From NCBI GenBank assembly GCA_050950825.1, contig JBMNIH010000003.1, forward strand, positions 403,851-467,850: 64,000 nucleotides of DNA, given 5' to 3'. Of this stretch, positions 39,582 to 49,930 are shown in pieces (the first letter of the stretch is position 1; each line of letters starts with the position of its first letter). A model generated the notes under the pieces. The model was not told the DNA's origin and made no database searches. It saw nothing but the letters and a program-made list of their open reading frames with translations. This stretch comes from Clostridia bacterium (GTDB lineage Bacteria > Bacillota > Clostridia > JAAYHZ01). The translations under genes and the position numbers were made by a program.

Positions 39582-40349
39582 CTATCTCATTTCCTGTCCG
39601 CCGGTTACGTTAATGGCTTGTCCGGTCATATACGAGGACTGATCGGATGCTAAAAATACCATAACGTTGGCAACGTCTTCGTACTCACAGGATCTTTTCA
39701 AAGGGACTTGGTTTAAATATTTTTCACGAACTTGCTCTTTAGTAATGCCTTGGTTTCTTGCATATTGTTCGAACAAACTGTCTCTCCATAAAGGAGAATT
39801 TAAAAGATTTCCCGGGCAAATGGCGTTGACACGAATATTGTATTCCGCCAGCTCCAAAGCCAAGCTTTGGGTCAGGCCGATTCCACCGAACTTCGATGAC
39901 GCATATGCGGAGTTTTTATAGGAACCTTTTTTCCCGGATTTACTGTTAATCTGGATAATGCAGCCGCTTCTCTGCTTGATCATGTAAGGCACTACCGCTT
40001 TTGCACTGAGAAAATAGCCGGTTAAGTTGACATCGATCATTTTCCGCCATTCCTCCGGTGTAAATTCCGTGATAGCCTTTGCAATCAAAATAGCCGCATT
40101 GGAAACTAAAATATCGATCCTTCCGAATTTTTCGACGGTCCGGTTAGCGGCTTCCTCCAGCTGTTCGAATTTCGTGACATCAGTTTTTATGGCTATGGAC
40201 TCTTTTAATAACGAAGCCGTTTCCTTTACCGCATCTTCGTTGATGTCCAATACCGCCACCTTACAGCCTTCATTGCTCAAACGTTCGGCCAAATGCCTTC
40301 CTAAGCCTTGTCCTGCACCGGTCACCATTGCAACTTTGTCTTTTAACAT
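39582..40349 (-). CDS. SDR oxidoreductase, sorbitol-6-phosphate dehydrogenase-like
   Basis: TGAGQGLG, INSKSGKKGS.KNSAYASSKFGGIGLTQSLALELA, TGQAINVTGGQEM. Confidence 0.88.
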   Translation of the reverse strand: MLKDKVAMVTGAGQGLGRHLAERLSNEGCKVAVLDINEDAVKETASLLKESIAIKTDVTKFEQLEEAANRTVEKFGRIDILVSNAAILIAKAITEFTPEEWRKMIDVNLTGYFLSAKAVVPYMIKQRSGCIIQINSKSGKKGSYKNSAYASSKFGGIGLTQSLALELAEYNIRVNAICPGNLLNSPLWRDSLFEQYARNQGITKEQVREKYLNQVPLKRSCEYEDVANVMVFLASDQSSYMTGQAINVTGGQEMR

Positions 40350-40622
40350 TCTTACCCTCCAAACCAATGCTTACCGATATGGTATCACAGATACAATCAA
40401 TGTAGAAGATGATTTCCATCGTTTTCATGTACTTTCGTATAAGCGGAACGTAAAACAAACGAGCAAGAGAATCTTAAAAAATCCAAACAAGGAAACATAA
40501 ACAATAACATAAGCATTATTCAGCTAATTACCGCGTAATAAAGAAAGGATTCCCTTGCCGCAAACAAGTATATCAAAAAACTATGGAGAAGAAAAGCGGT
40601 TTTAAGCTGCCGTTTCCCGGAA

Positions 40623-41396
40623 TTACAACATAATCACACGGCTTTCCGAAAAAGCCTTTCTCGTATCTTCGTCTAAAAGCAAAGGATCTTCGCAAATGAA
40701 GCAGTCCACATCCTCCAAGCTTGCGAATGTAAAGGCCAAATCCTTGTTGAATTTACCGGTATCCATAAGCAAAAACACCTTTTTCGCTTTTTGAACCACA
40801 TGCTTTTTTAAAGCGCATTCGTTCATATTGGAGACCGTAAATCCGCGATCGACGGAAAACCCGGAAGCCGACATAAAGGCCAAATCGATATTGACTTGGG
40901 ATAAAACATCCAAAGAGGTCGGTCCCGAACAGGACAATGTATTGGCATTTACATTTCCCCCCGGTAAAAACACCGAGATGCGAGTCTTCTTCACCAACTC
41001 CAAGGCCGTGTTCACCGCGCTGGTAATAACGGTATAGCTGTCGTCTTTTAACAAGCGGGCCAGCTGCATAATGGTGGAGCCGGCATCCAAATACACGGAT
41101 CGTCCCTTTTCCACGTAAGGCAGCGCTTTTTTGGCAATGACGGCCTTCGCTTCCCTGTTTTCTCTCGCACGCATGGAGTATGCATCTTCTTCCCCTTCCG
41201 TTCGGAGCTTGTCTCGACTGACGGCTCCGCCGTGGGTTCGAATCAAATAACCCTTTTCTTCCAGATATGTCAGGTCCCTTCTTAAGGTCATGACGGAATA
41301 TTCGGGAAATTCTTTGCTTAACCCTTTTAATTGAATTTCACCATGCCGGTTGAGTAAGTTTAAAATTTGCTTTTGCCTGTCGTTCAGTTCAACCAC
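40623..41396 (-). CDS. DeoR/GlpR family transcriptional regulator
   Basis: SVMTLRRDL..LE..G...RTHGGA, LDAGST, GG, DTGKF; start uncertain (longest ORF reaches 41438). Confidence 0.92.
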   Translation of the reverse strand: MVELNDRQKQILNLLNRHGEIQLKGLSKEFPEYSVMTLRRDLTYLEEKGYLIRTHGGAVSRDKLRTEGEEDAYSMRARENREAKAVIAKKALPYVEKGRSVYLDAGSTIMQLARLLKDDSYTVITSAVNTALELVKKTRISVFLPGGNVNANTLSCSGPTSLDVLSQVNIDLAFMSASGFSVDRGFTVSNMNECALKKHVVQKAKKVFLLMDTGKFNKDLAFTFASLEDVDCFICEDPLLLDEDTRKAFSESRVIML

Positions 41397-41416
41397 CCTC
41401 TCCGGAGTATACCGGA

Positions 41417-41446
41417 AGAAAGGTGACATGAAAGCCACCTTTCTTA
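41417..41446 (-). terminator. Hairpin between the E1 and deoR genes
   Basis: AAGAAAGGTG-10nt-CACCTTTCTT. Confidence 0.5.
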
Positions 41447-41454
41447 TTCTTTCC

Positions 41455-43926
41455 TTATACCCCTTCTTTATTTCGTCTCATCAATTCCACGTCCGTAAAA
41501 TTGTTGGTAGGAACGTGACCTTTTAAAGGTAATATTTTTTCGTGAATGGCATCAATAATCCAAGACGCTTGCGGGAAGAATTCTTCTTCGTACTCGTGAG
41601 CCGGCGTGATCCAGTTTCTTGCGCCTACTACTACGGGAGGAGCATCCAAGTAATCAAACGCCAATTCGCTGATGGTTTGGGCCAAGTCCTTCAAGTGGGA
41701 TCCTCTGTCGCAGGCATCTCCGGCTAACAAGATGCGCCCCGTCTTCTTCACCGATTCGATGACCTTTTCATAATTGAACGGAACAAGGCTTCTTGCATCG
41801 ATTAATTCGACGGAAAGTCCGTACTTGTCCTTGAGGATTTTCGCCGCATCCCATGCTCTGTAAAGAGTAGCTCCTACGGTTAATATGGTAATGTCATTTC
41901 CCTGCAATTTTACATCCGGTTCTCCGATGGGGATTTCATAATATCCTTCCGGAACACCTTCTTCTCGGAACCATTCGCCGTAATCGTAAACTCTCTGGCT
42001 TTCAAAGAATATAACCGGGTCGGTTCCGGCCAAAGCGCTGTTCATTAACCCCTTGGCATCGTAGGGGGTTACCGGGAATACCACCTTCAAGCCCGGAATA
42101 TGAGCCGTAAGAGAAGTCCAGTCTTGGGAGTGCTGCGCACCGTATTTGGATCCTACGGAAATACGAAGAACAACCGGCATTTTCAACTGCCCTGCGCTCA
42201 TAGCCTGCCATTTGGAAAGCTGGTTAAACACTTCGTCTCCGGCACGGCCTAAAAAGTCGCTGTACATCAATTCCACAATGGCACGGCCGCCGCACATGGC
42301 GTACCCTACCGCCGATCCTACAATGGCACCCTCGGATATGGGAGAGTTGAACAAACGATGGTAAGGCAGCGATTCCGTCAAGCCTCTATACACGGCAAAA
42401 GCGCCGCCCCAGTCGCGGTTTTCTTCCCCGTAAGCCACCAAGGTCGGATCCGTATAGAATTTATCCAAAATCGCTTCGAAAATGGCGTCGCGAACTTGAA
42501 ATACCTTGTTTTTCGAAACCGGTTTTCCGTCTTGGAATCCGAAGCGTACTTTGCTTGCAATCTGCTTCACACGAGGATTTTCTTCCTTCGGAATCAACAC
42601 GTCGCAGGGACGGTCTTCCATCTTCTCGATCTTTTGGTTGGAGAACATCAATTTTTCAATGGCTCTCGGATCGGCTTTTAAGTCCATATAGGGGGAGATG
42701 CCCTTGTCAACGGTGAATCGGCAAATGTCGGTTATCAATTTTTGAGTATATTCCAAAATGCCGTCAAATTCACTGTCGGGAGCCACATTGGCTTCCGCCA
42801 ATTTGGTACGGTATTCGATCAAAGAATCGTGCTTCTGCCAAGCTTCGACTTCTTCCTTCGTCCGATAAGAAGAAGCGTCGGAAGGAGAATGGCCGGAGAA
42901 ACGATAAGTAACAACGTCCAACAAAACGGGACCTTTTTTGGCAAGGAGCAGTTCCTTTTTACGCTTGATCGCATCGGCAACCGCCAACGGATTGTAGCCG
43001 TCCACACGTTCGGCGTGCATTTGCTCCGGATTCACCCCGGCTCCGATACGGGCTAGCATTTCGTATCCCATGGTTTCTCCCACGGTTTGTCCGCCCATGC
43101 CGTATTGGTTGTTCATGATGTTGAATATGATGGGCAAGCCTCCTTTATGCTCGCCTTCCCACAAGGTTTTGTATTGGTCCATTGCGGCAAAGCTTAAGGC
43201 TTCCCAAACCGGACCGCATCCTAAAGAAGCGTCTCCGATATTGGCGATAACGATACCGTCTTTTAGGTTCACTTTTTTGTACAAAGCCGCACCGGTGGCG
43301 ATGTCCGCAGAGCCTCCCACGATAGCGTTATTCGGATATATGCCGAAAGGCAGGAAGAAAGCATGCATGGATCCGCCTAAGCCTCTTGTAAAGCCGGTTT
43401 CGCGGGCAAAGATTTCCGCCATGGTTCCGTATATCAAAAAGGCAATGGCCAATTCTTTTACGGAGCCCGCGTTTTTATAGTTTAGTTCCACAACCTTCAA
43501 AACGACGCCGTCTCGATAGGTTTCCATGATATTCATTAATTCCGAATCGGAAAGCTTTTGTATCGCCGAAAGCCCTTTTGCCAGGATTTCGCCGTGGCTT
43601 CTATGGGAACCGAAGATGAAATCGTTGGTATCCAAATAGTAGGCCTGCCCTACGGCTGCGGCTTCTTGGCCGATACTCAAGTGCGCCGGACCCGGATGGT
43701 TGTATTCGATGCCGTTATACTGGCCGGTGGTTTTGATGGCGTTCATCATGGTTTCAAATTCCCGAATAATCGCCATGTCACGGTAAATTCTCAAGAAGTC
43801 TTCTTTTGTATAGTTTTCTTTTTCCTGCTCCACGGTCTTATCGTATTGATTGACCGGGATATCGGTGAACCGAATAAAGCTCTTCGCTCTCATTTTATCG
43901 GGGTCTATATTTAAAATTTTGGTCAT
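41455..43926 (-). CDS. TPP-dependent 2-oxoacid/acetoin dehydrogenase E1, fused alpha+beta
   Basis: [21 protein letters not shown]...NNQY TPP motif, YRFSGHS; beta part [19 protein letters not shown]. Confidence 0.9.
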   Translation of the reverse strand: MTKILNIDPDKMRAKSFIRFTDIPVNQYDKTVEQEKENYTKEDFLRIYRDMAIIREFETMMNAIKTTGQYNGIEYNHPGPAHLSIGQEAAAVGQAYYLDTNDFIFGSHRSHGEILAKGLSAIQKLSDSELMNIMETYRDGVVLKVVELNYKNAGSVKELAIAFLIYGTMAEIFARETGFTRGLGGSMHAFFLPFGIYPNNAIVGGSADIATGAALYKKVNLKDGIVIANIGDASLGCGPVWEALSFAAMDQYKTLWEGEHKGGLPIIFNIMNNQYGMGGQTVGETMGYEMLARIGAGVNPEQMHAERVDGYNPLAVADAIKRKKELLLAKKGPVLLDVVTYRFSGHSPSDASSYRTKEEVEAWQKHDSLIEYRTKLAEANVAPDSEFDGILEYTQKLITDICRFTVDKGISPYMDLKADPRAIEKLMFSNQKIEKMEDRPCDVLIPKEENPRVKQIASKVRFGFQDGKPVSKNKVFQVRDAIFEAILDKFYTDPTLVAYGEENRDWGGAFAVYRGLTESLPYHRLFNSPISEGAIVGSAVGYAMCGGRAIVELMYSDFLGRAGDEVFNQLSKWQAMSAGQLKMPVVLRISVGSKYGAQHSQDWTSLTAHIPGLKVVFPVTPYDAKGLMNSALAGTDPVIFFESQRVYDYGEWFREEGVPEGYYEIPIGEPDVKLQGNDITILTVGATLYRAWDAAKILKDKYGLSVELIDARSLVPFNYEKVIESVKKTGRILLAGDACDRGSHLKDLAQTISELAFDYLDAPPVVVGARNWITPAHEYEEEFFPQASWIIDAIHEKILPLKGHVPTNNFTDVELMRRNKEGV

Positions 43927-43945
43927 TTTATACACTCCTTTTTAT

Positions 43946-45310
43946 TTAAAATTCAAAGATTCCCTCACGAATGATTTCGCTAACGGTAGGATGAGGGAAT
44001 ATGATTTGCTTAATATCTTCTAATCTCATTTCGCATTCGATCATAGGCGCTACGCCGTATATAATTTCGGAGGCATAGCTTCCGATCATGTGAACTCCGA
44101 TTAATCTTTGGTTCTTTTTATCGACAATCAGCTTGCATATGCCGTTGCCCTGCTCTACCTCCGCAACATACCGACCGCTGTAGCGCATGGACAATACAAC
44201 CGCTTCCGCGTCGATGCCTTTGTCCTTGGCGGTTTTTTCGGTTTCGCCGATTCCGGCAACCTCGGGGTTGGTATAGATAACGGAAGGCACCGCGTTGTAA
44301 CGCATAACGTCATTTTTCCCTAATATATTGTTAATGCATACTTCCGCTTGGCGATAGGCTACATGGGCTAACAGCATTTCTCCCGTAACGTCTCCGCAGG
44401 CATACACGCCCGCTACGTTGGTTCTCATACGACGGTCCGTCTTTACAAATCCCCGGTTCAATTCCAAACCGATGGATTCCGCGCCTAATGCGGCCGTGTC
44501 CGCCTTTCTTCCGACGCTGACCAAAACCTTATCCGCCTTTACGCTTTCGGTTTTTCCGTCCTTTTCATACTCGACGGAATCTTGATTGATCTTCACCACT
44601 TTTGCGGACAAATGAAATACGATTCCTTTTTTTTCGTATTCCTTCATCAAAATATCGGAAATATCTTTATCCGTATTTCCGGCAATATGGTCCAGCATTT
44701 CAATGACCGTAACATTGCTTCCTGCCGACCTGTAGTACGAAGCCATTTCCAGACCGATAACCCCGCCGCCGATAACAACCAAGCTTTCCGGCACGCGTTC
44801 TAAGTCCAAAACTTCCTTCGAGGTTATGCAAAAACCGCTTTGCAATCCTTCCTTCATACCCGGTATGGGCGGTATGGCGGGAACCGAGCCCGTTGCAATC
44901 AACAGACGTTGTCCCGTATACTCTTGGTCTGCAACGGCTACAACAAATCCGTTTTCGGATCTTCCTTTAATTACGCCCGACCCGTTTACCAATTCCACGT
45001 TGTTTTGCTTAAGCTTTGCCTTTACCCCGGCGACCAGGGTGCGGACCACCTTTTCTTTACGTTTGATAACGGCGGCATGATCCAAGGTCGCATTTTCAAC
45101 GGATACGCCGTACTTTTTGGCGTTCTTCGCATAATCCAAAATTTTAGCGGCATGAAGCAGGGTTTTCGAAGGGATGCATCCTTCGTTCAGGCAAACGCCT
45201 CCTACATTGGCTTTTTCAATGCATAAGGTTTTTAATCCTGCGGCACCGGCTCGCTCCGATGCCAAGTACCCTCCCGGGCCTCCTCCTATGACAATAAGAT
45301 CATATATCAT
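43946..45310 (-). CDS. lpdA: Dihydrolipoyl dehydrogenase (E3)
   Basis: GGGPGGY, GGVCLNEGCIPSK, GGGVIGLE, HPTVSE. Confidence 0.95.
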   Translation of the reverse strand: MIYDLIVIGGGPGGYLASERAGAAGLKTLCIEKANVGGVCLNEGCIPSKTLLHAAKILDYAKNAKKYGVSVENATLDHAAVIKRKEKVVRTLVAGVKAKLKQNNVELVNGSGVIKGRSENGFVVAVADQEYTGQRLLIATGSVPAIPPIPGMKEGLQSGFCITSKEVLDLERVPESLVVIGGGVIGLEMASYYRSAGSNVTVIEMLDHIAGNTDKDISDILMKEYEKKGIVFHLSAKVVKINQDSVEYEKDGKTESVKADKVLVSVGRKADTAALGAESIGLELNRGFVKTDRRMRTNVAGVYACGDVTGEMLLAHVAYRQAEVCINNILGKNDVMRYNAVPSVIYTNPEVAGIGETEKTAKDKGIDAEAVVLSMRYSGRYVAEVEQGNGICKLIVDKKNQRLIGVHMIGSYASEIIYGVAPMIECEMRLEDIKQIIFPHPTVSEIIREGIFEF

Positions 45311-45329
45311 TCCATCATCTCCGTTTCTT

Positions 45330-46670
45330 TTATATCGCCATTAGCAATTCGAAGCTTTCCAAAGCTTCGCCTAGGTCCTTCAAAAACTTCGCAGCCGGCG
45401 CACCGTCCACCGCTCGGTGGTCAAAGGTCAAAGACAAGCCCATGGCGGGATACAAGGAAATGCCCTTGTCGGTCATGATGGGGCGCTGCACGATGTTGCA
45501 TACTCCCAAAATAGCGGTTTGGGGAGGATTGATTACCGGCGTGAAGGATTCTACGCCAAGACCGCCTAAATTGGTAACCGTAAAGGTTCCTCCTTGGAGC
45601 AAATCCGGATTGATTTTTCCGGTTCTGCAGGCTTCCGCAAGCTTCTTTGATTCTATGGCGATTTCGTTTAAGGATTTTTGATCCGCATTGAAAATCGTAG
45701 GTACCATCAAGCCTCTGTCCGTATCGACCGCCATACCCAAATGTACATGGTTAAAGTATTTCATGGACGTGCCGGTATAGTGGGCGTTTAACGCTTTATG
45801 CTTTTTGATAACTCTGGAAACGGCAAAAAGAATAATGTCGTTAAGGGTAATATTGGAAAGTCCCAACAATTCCGCTGCCGCCTTGACTTTTTGACGATAG
45901 CTTTGAATCGCCGTCGCATTAAAGGACGAATGCAAGGTGAGCTGGGCCATTTCGGACAACGATTGGTGCATGGACTTTCCGATCAGCTTCCTTATATTGC
46001 TCAAAGGCTCTTCCGTATATTCCGGTGTCGGTGTTGCGGCTTCCTTTTGCACAACCGGTGTATCTTCCTTGACGGAACCCGCCAAATCCGAAAGGGTTAC
46101 TCTTCCGCCTAACCCGGTTCCCGTGTATTCGGCACCTTTTTCGATCTTGTCCATAGCCGCCTTGGAAATCAAAGCGCCTTGTTCGATTAGGCTTCTTACA
46201 TCACGTTCGATAATTCTTCCCTTCGGTCCCGTAGGAACGGCTTTCGACAAGTCGGCTCCGGCTTTTATCGCCAAATTTTTCGCTCTCGGGGAAATACCGA
46301 TAGCCTCGTCAGGTTCCTTCGCCTCGGCTTGCATCGGCTGCGAAACCTCCTCTTCTTTTACGGGCTCCTCGGAAGGCGCTTGCTTTTCTTCTTCTTTCGC
46401 CCCTGCCGGCAAGAAGGGAGTAATATCTTCACCCGGTTCTCCGATTACGCACATGTTCGTCAAAACCGGAACGTCGTCTCCTACATCGAAAAATATTTCC
46501 AACACGGTTCCGTCTGTCGTTGACTCCGCATCGAAGGTCGCTTTATCCGTTTCATAGGTAAAAAGCAGATCTCCCGCTTTCACCCGATCTCCTTTTTTTA
46601 CATGCCATTTGGAAACGATACAGCTTTCTACCGTGTTTCCCTGTCGGGGCATAATGATTGCTGTAGCCAC
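45330..46670 (-). CDS. Dihydrolipoamide acyltransferase (E2)
   Basis: Lipoyl domain ETDKA, E3-binding SPRAK..TGPKGRI, catalytic DHRAVDG. Confidence 0.93.
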   Translation of the reverse strand: MATAIIMPRQGNTVESCIVSKWHVKKGDRVKAGDLLFTYETDKATFDAESTTDGTVLEIFFDVGDDVPVLTNMCVIGEPGEDITPFLPAGAKEEEKQAPSEEPVKEEEVSQPMQAEAKEPDEAIGISPRAKNLAIKAGADLSKAVPTGPKGRIIERDVRSLIEQGALISKAAMDKIEKGAEYTGTGLGGRVTLSDLAGSVKEDTPVVQKEAATPTPEYTEEPLSNIRKLIGKSMHQSLSEMAQLTLHSSFNATAIQSYRQKVKAAAELLGLSNITLNDIILFAVSRVIKKHKALNAHYTGTSMKYFNHVHLGMAVDTDRGLMVPTIFNADQKSLNEIAIESKKLAEACRTGKINPDLLQGGTFTVTNLGGLGVESFTPVINPPQTAILGVCNIVQRPIMTDKGISLYPAMGLSLTFDHRAVDGAPAAKFLKDLGEALESFELLMAI

Positions 46671-46723
46671 GATTTCTTACCTCCTTGGTTTCATATCCTT
46701 TATTCGGTATATATCCTTTGAAT

Positions 46724-46783
46724 ATGTTCGTATCTAACACTTATGATGTTATATTCTAACACACGGGAATGTTAAAAACAATC
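46724..46783 (-). promoter_or_regulatory. Promoter of the E2-E3-E1 operon with tandem DeoR-type operators
   Basis: Two TGTT-N7-AACA sites (46725-46739, 46747-46761) 22 bp apart; the second overlaps the -10 of TTGTTT-17-TAGAAT. Confidence 0.6.
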
Positions 46784-46891
46784 ATGCAAAATGATAAATT
46801 TACATTAAATAAAAGGGAGCGGATTGCACCGCACTCGGATATTATGTATAATGACCGGAATAGATGAAAGGTATGAAGGAGGGGGAAGAAA

Positions 46892-47587
46892 ATGAAGATC
46901 GCAGGATGGCAAAAGGTATCCATGGTGGACTACCCGGGAAAAATTGCAACGGTGCTGTTTACACCCGGCTGCAACTTCAACTGTTATTATTGCCACAACC
47001 GAGAATTGATACATCCGACGGACTCTCTTATCGGCATGGACGAGGAGGAGGTCTTGTCCTATATATATAAAAGAAAGGGTATGATCGACGCGTTGGTCCT
47101 ATCCGGAGGCGAGCCGACGTTACAAAAAGGCTTGGCGGAATTCATTGAAAAAGCGAAAAGTACGGGGATACTTATAAAATTGGATACCAACGGAAGCCGT
47201 CCGGATGTTATAAAAGACTTGTTGGATAGAAGGCTTTTGGATTTTGTGGCAATGGACATCAAAGCGCCTTTTCATAAGCTTATGCAAATCATCGGCATTT
47301 CGGCAGACCAAAGCAAGATCAATGAAAGCATACGAATCATTATGGATCAAGCGCCGGATTACGAGTTTCGCACCACCGTTTCACCGGATTTAACCAAGCA
47401 AGACCTATTGGACATGGCATCCCTCATTAAAGGTGCGAAAAGCTACGCCCTTCAGCAATACAAAAGACCTGAATGCGATTACAACGATTCTCGCTTGGAT
47501 ACGGAGCCTCATGAATTTGGGTTTTTCACCGAATGCAAAGCGCTGCTAGAAGCCTTTGTAAAGAAGGTGGAAATCCGAGGCTTTTAA
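46892..47587 (+). CDS. nrdG: Anaerobic ribonucleoside-triphosphate reductase activating protein (radical SAM)
   Basis: SMVDYPG, GCNFNCYYCHN, SGGEPTLQ, KLDTNGS, MDIKAP, EFRTT. Confidence 0.88.
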   Translation: MKIAGWQKVSMVDYPGKIATVLFTPGCNFNCYYCHNRELIHPTDSLIGMDEEEVLSYIYKRKGMIDALVLSGGEPTLQKGLAEFIEKAKSTGILIKLDTNGSRPDVIKDLLDRRLLDFVAMDIKAPFHKLMQIIGISADQSKINESIRIIMDQAPDYEFRTTVSPDLTKQDLLDMASLIKGAKSYALQQYKRPECDYNDSRLDTEPHEFGFFTECKALLEAFVKKVEIRGF

Positions 47588-47593
47588 AGATTC

Positions 47594-49846
47594 CTATTCT
47601 TCTATCATTCCGTGGAAGCGTCCCAACCAATAGGGCAGCGTATAGGTTGCGGAGCTTTCCAATTGTCTGCCCTCTTTGTCCCCGCCGATCATAACAAAAG
47701 GACATCCGTTGTATTTTCCGTGGGGACGTTCGTCCAAGGGAAGGGCAACGAATCGGCCGCTTTCCTTATTCTCAAATGCAAAAGCCCGTTTTCGGGACCC
47801 GTAAAGGATTGTAAGGTCTTTTCGAAAGCTATGATCCGACCGCCAATTTCTCGTATCCACGGGATGTCTTTTTAACGCCCAAGCGGCTTTTTCAAGGTCC
47901 TCTTGTCCTACGGTATCGGGGTATGCAAGCCGATATATATACGTCCAAAGGGGATTGTCGCCGTATCGTATGCTGATCCACCATGCGTCAATACCTTTTC
48001 GGTATTTTTCCAAAAGAAAAGGATCCGTTTCCAATTGGAAAAGAAGATAATAAGCCAGCATGGCCATTTCCTCGTCGGAATAATTCAAAATCAGTTGTAC
48101 TCTTATGGCCGTTTCCTTCGAATCCGGGTCTAAGTTCGGGTCATTTTCATCCGCATCCGGATGTGCCATGCGGTATTGATACACCGCCTCTTGCTTGTAC
48201 CTTTCCCGGTATTCACCCGCAAGGTCCGCATAACGATACGGAGGCTCTAAAGCCAGCTTTCGGTACTCTTTTTCCCACTTCTCGTCCCCGGACAGGTAGT
48301 ATGCAAGCTTAAATATACATAAAAGCACCAAGCAGTTTAAAGGACAATCGCTCCAAGCAAAAAGGCTGTTAAAGTATTCTCTCGACATTTTCCCCCAGGT
48401 GGTGGGCTGACCCGTAGCGTCTACCAAGCAATAGTCGTTAAAAAGAACATGCTCCGCCAAACGTAACACGGTGTCGGTAATAATACCCCCTAATTCCGTA
48501 TCGGCGTTTTCTCCTTCGCAAAGGGTGTCGTAGGCAATTTTGTACAAGAATAAATGACCGATGATCTCGTCGGAGCTGGTGTCGGCCTTGTAATATACGT
48601 CCGTGTCGGAAAAATAGGTACCGTCGGCTTTCGGGACGGATCGGTAAAGCTTGGCCAATCGCTCCGGTATCGGAAAGCTTGCATCGGTTTCAAGCCCCGC
48701 AAAGTCTTCCGTCATACGGGCTCTTCGGTTCACGTCATCAAATTCTCGGCGGTTCGGATCATCAGGCCCTAATCCCGGATCAAAAGGTCTCGCCTTGGCG
48801 ATGATCTTGCCGTCTTTTATCATTTTCTTAAAGAAAATACCCTCGGTCGGAACCTGCTCTAAGCCCTCCAAAAGATACGTTCTTGCGATAAAGCCTCGAA
48901 GATGTGCCCTTTTGGTTTCACCTTCTCCTTCCGTAACCCAATCTTCCTTTGTTCGCGGCTCGTGCACGGAAAGAAGAAGCTTTTCCAAAGTCATGCCCGC
49001 AGGGCCTTCTTCCGGGTAAAGGTAAACCGGGTCTCCTCCTTTTTTCACGTATTCTTTGGACATTTCGTTGTGAGGGTTTATGAAGGTATTGATATAATGT
49101 CTTATCTTCGCATCCGTGAATCCGTCTCTCGAAGAGATATTGGCAATCAAAAGAACCGCTTCCGTGGAAGCAACGGCAATCCTACGAGCGATTTCTTTAC
49201 GAGCAGGGTCCGTTTCCACGGCATAGCGAAAGCATTCCCCTGCCGCATACATGGAGGTCCACAATCCGTCGTTATCCGTTACCGTCGGAACCCATCTTCC
49301 TTCCGAAAGCCTCGACTCGGATACGACTCCTCGGCGATTGACGTATTCTTGAGAGACGGCGCTCATGCGAACGGCTTTTTCGGTATAGCTTAAAGGCTTT
49401 AATTCGATATGCGATACGCCGGATTCGGTGAGAACCCAAATTCCTTTTCGGTTATCGGACAAAAGAAATTCCACACGGTTGTTGTCGTCGTAAAGATAGC
49501 GAGGTCCGTTAAAATATTGGACACGGTCCCTTTCGTCTTTTTCGGACAAATCGATTCGCACAACGCCGTGCTCAAAACCGATCCAAGATACATGATCCGC
49601 ATCCGTGATCGAAGCGGTTATATCCAAACCTACCGTTTCCATGAATATTCGAAGAGCATCGGCCGGCAAAGAATTTCGATGTCTTGCTTTCCTTTTTTCC
49701 TCTTCCGTTAACGACAAGTATTCCTTAACGGCATCCGGCACCTCCGGACTCGTTTTTTCATACCTTGTCACAAACTTTTGAAGAGTCTTTCCTACCTTGA
49801 TCGGCTTGCCGCCGTAGTTTACAATTCTTCTTTTTCGTATCGCCAT
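47594..49846 (-). CDS. Uncharacterised 750-aa protein (beta-propeller-like N-terminus, predicted helical enzyme domain)
   Basis: Long ORF with RBS; WIG..HG / IWVLTESGVS blade-like repeats; DNDGLWT and DTSSDE acidic motifs. Confidence 0.75.
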   Translation of the reverse strand: MAIRKRRIVNYGGKPIKVGKTLQKFVTRYEKTSPEVPDAVKEYLSLTEEEKRKARHRNSLPADALRIFMETVGLDITASITDADHVSWIGFEHGVVRIDLSEKDERDRVQYFNGPRYLYDDNNRVEFLLSDNRKGIWVLTESGVSHIELKPLSYTEKAVRMSAVSQEYVNRRGVVSESRLSEGRWVPTVTDNDGLWTSMYAAGECFRYAVETDPARKEIARRIAVASTEAVLLIANISSRDGFTDAKIRHYINTFINPHNEMSKEYVKKGGDPVYLYPEEGPAGMTLEKLLLSVHEPRTKEDWVTEGEGETKRAHLRGFIARTYLLEGLEQVPTEGIFFKKMIKDGKIIAKARPFDPGLGPDDPNRREFDDVNRRARMTEDFAGLETDASFPIPERLAKLYRSVPKADGTYFSDTDVYYKADTSSDEIIGHLFLYKIAYDTLCEGENADTELGGIITDTVLRLAEHVLFNDYCLVDATGQPTTWGKMSREYFNSLFAWSDCPLNCLVLLCIFKLAYYLSGDEKWEKEYRKLALEPPYRYADLAGEYRERYKQEAVYQYRMAHPDADENDPNLDPDSKETAIRVQLILNYSDEEMAMLAYYLLFQLETDPFLLEKYRKGIDAWWISIRYGDNPLWTYIYRLAYPDTVGQEDLEKAAWALKRHPVDTRNWRSDHSFRKDLTILYGSRKRAFAFENKESGRFVALPLDERPHGKYNGCPFVMIGGDKEGRQLESSATYTLPYWLGRFHGMIEE

Positions 49847-49930
49847 AAAAGCACCGCCTTATGATATGCCTGTTATACCTAAACCTTATTCTAGTCTACC
49901 GGAACGTCTTTCTCAATGCCGGAATAAAAA

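Noticed and set aside
36796-40349. Calling the cluster a plain rhamnose or sorbitol operon (rhaB, srlD)
   Set aside because: No rhamnose isomerase, mutarotase or sorbitol PTS present; family similarity does not fix the substrate, so symbols were withheld
40270-40622. 62-aa ORF and possible riboswitch between deoR and the SDR gene
   Set aside because: ORF overlaps the SDR start with no RBS; no riboswitch consensus or terminator seen; likely just a promoter region
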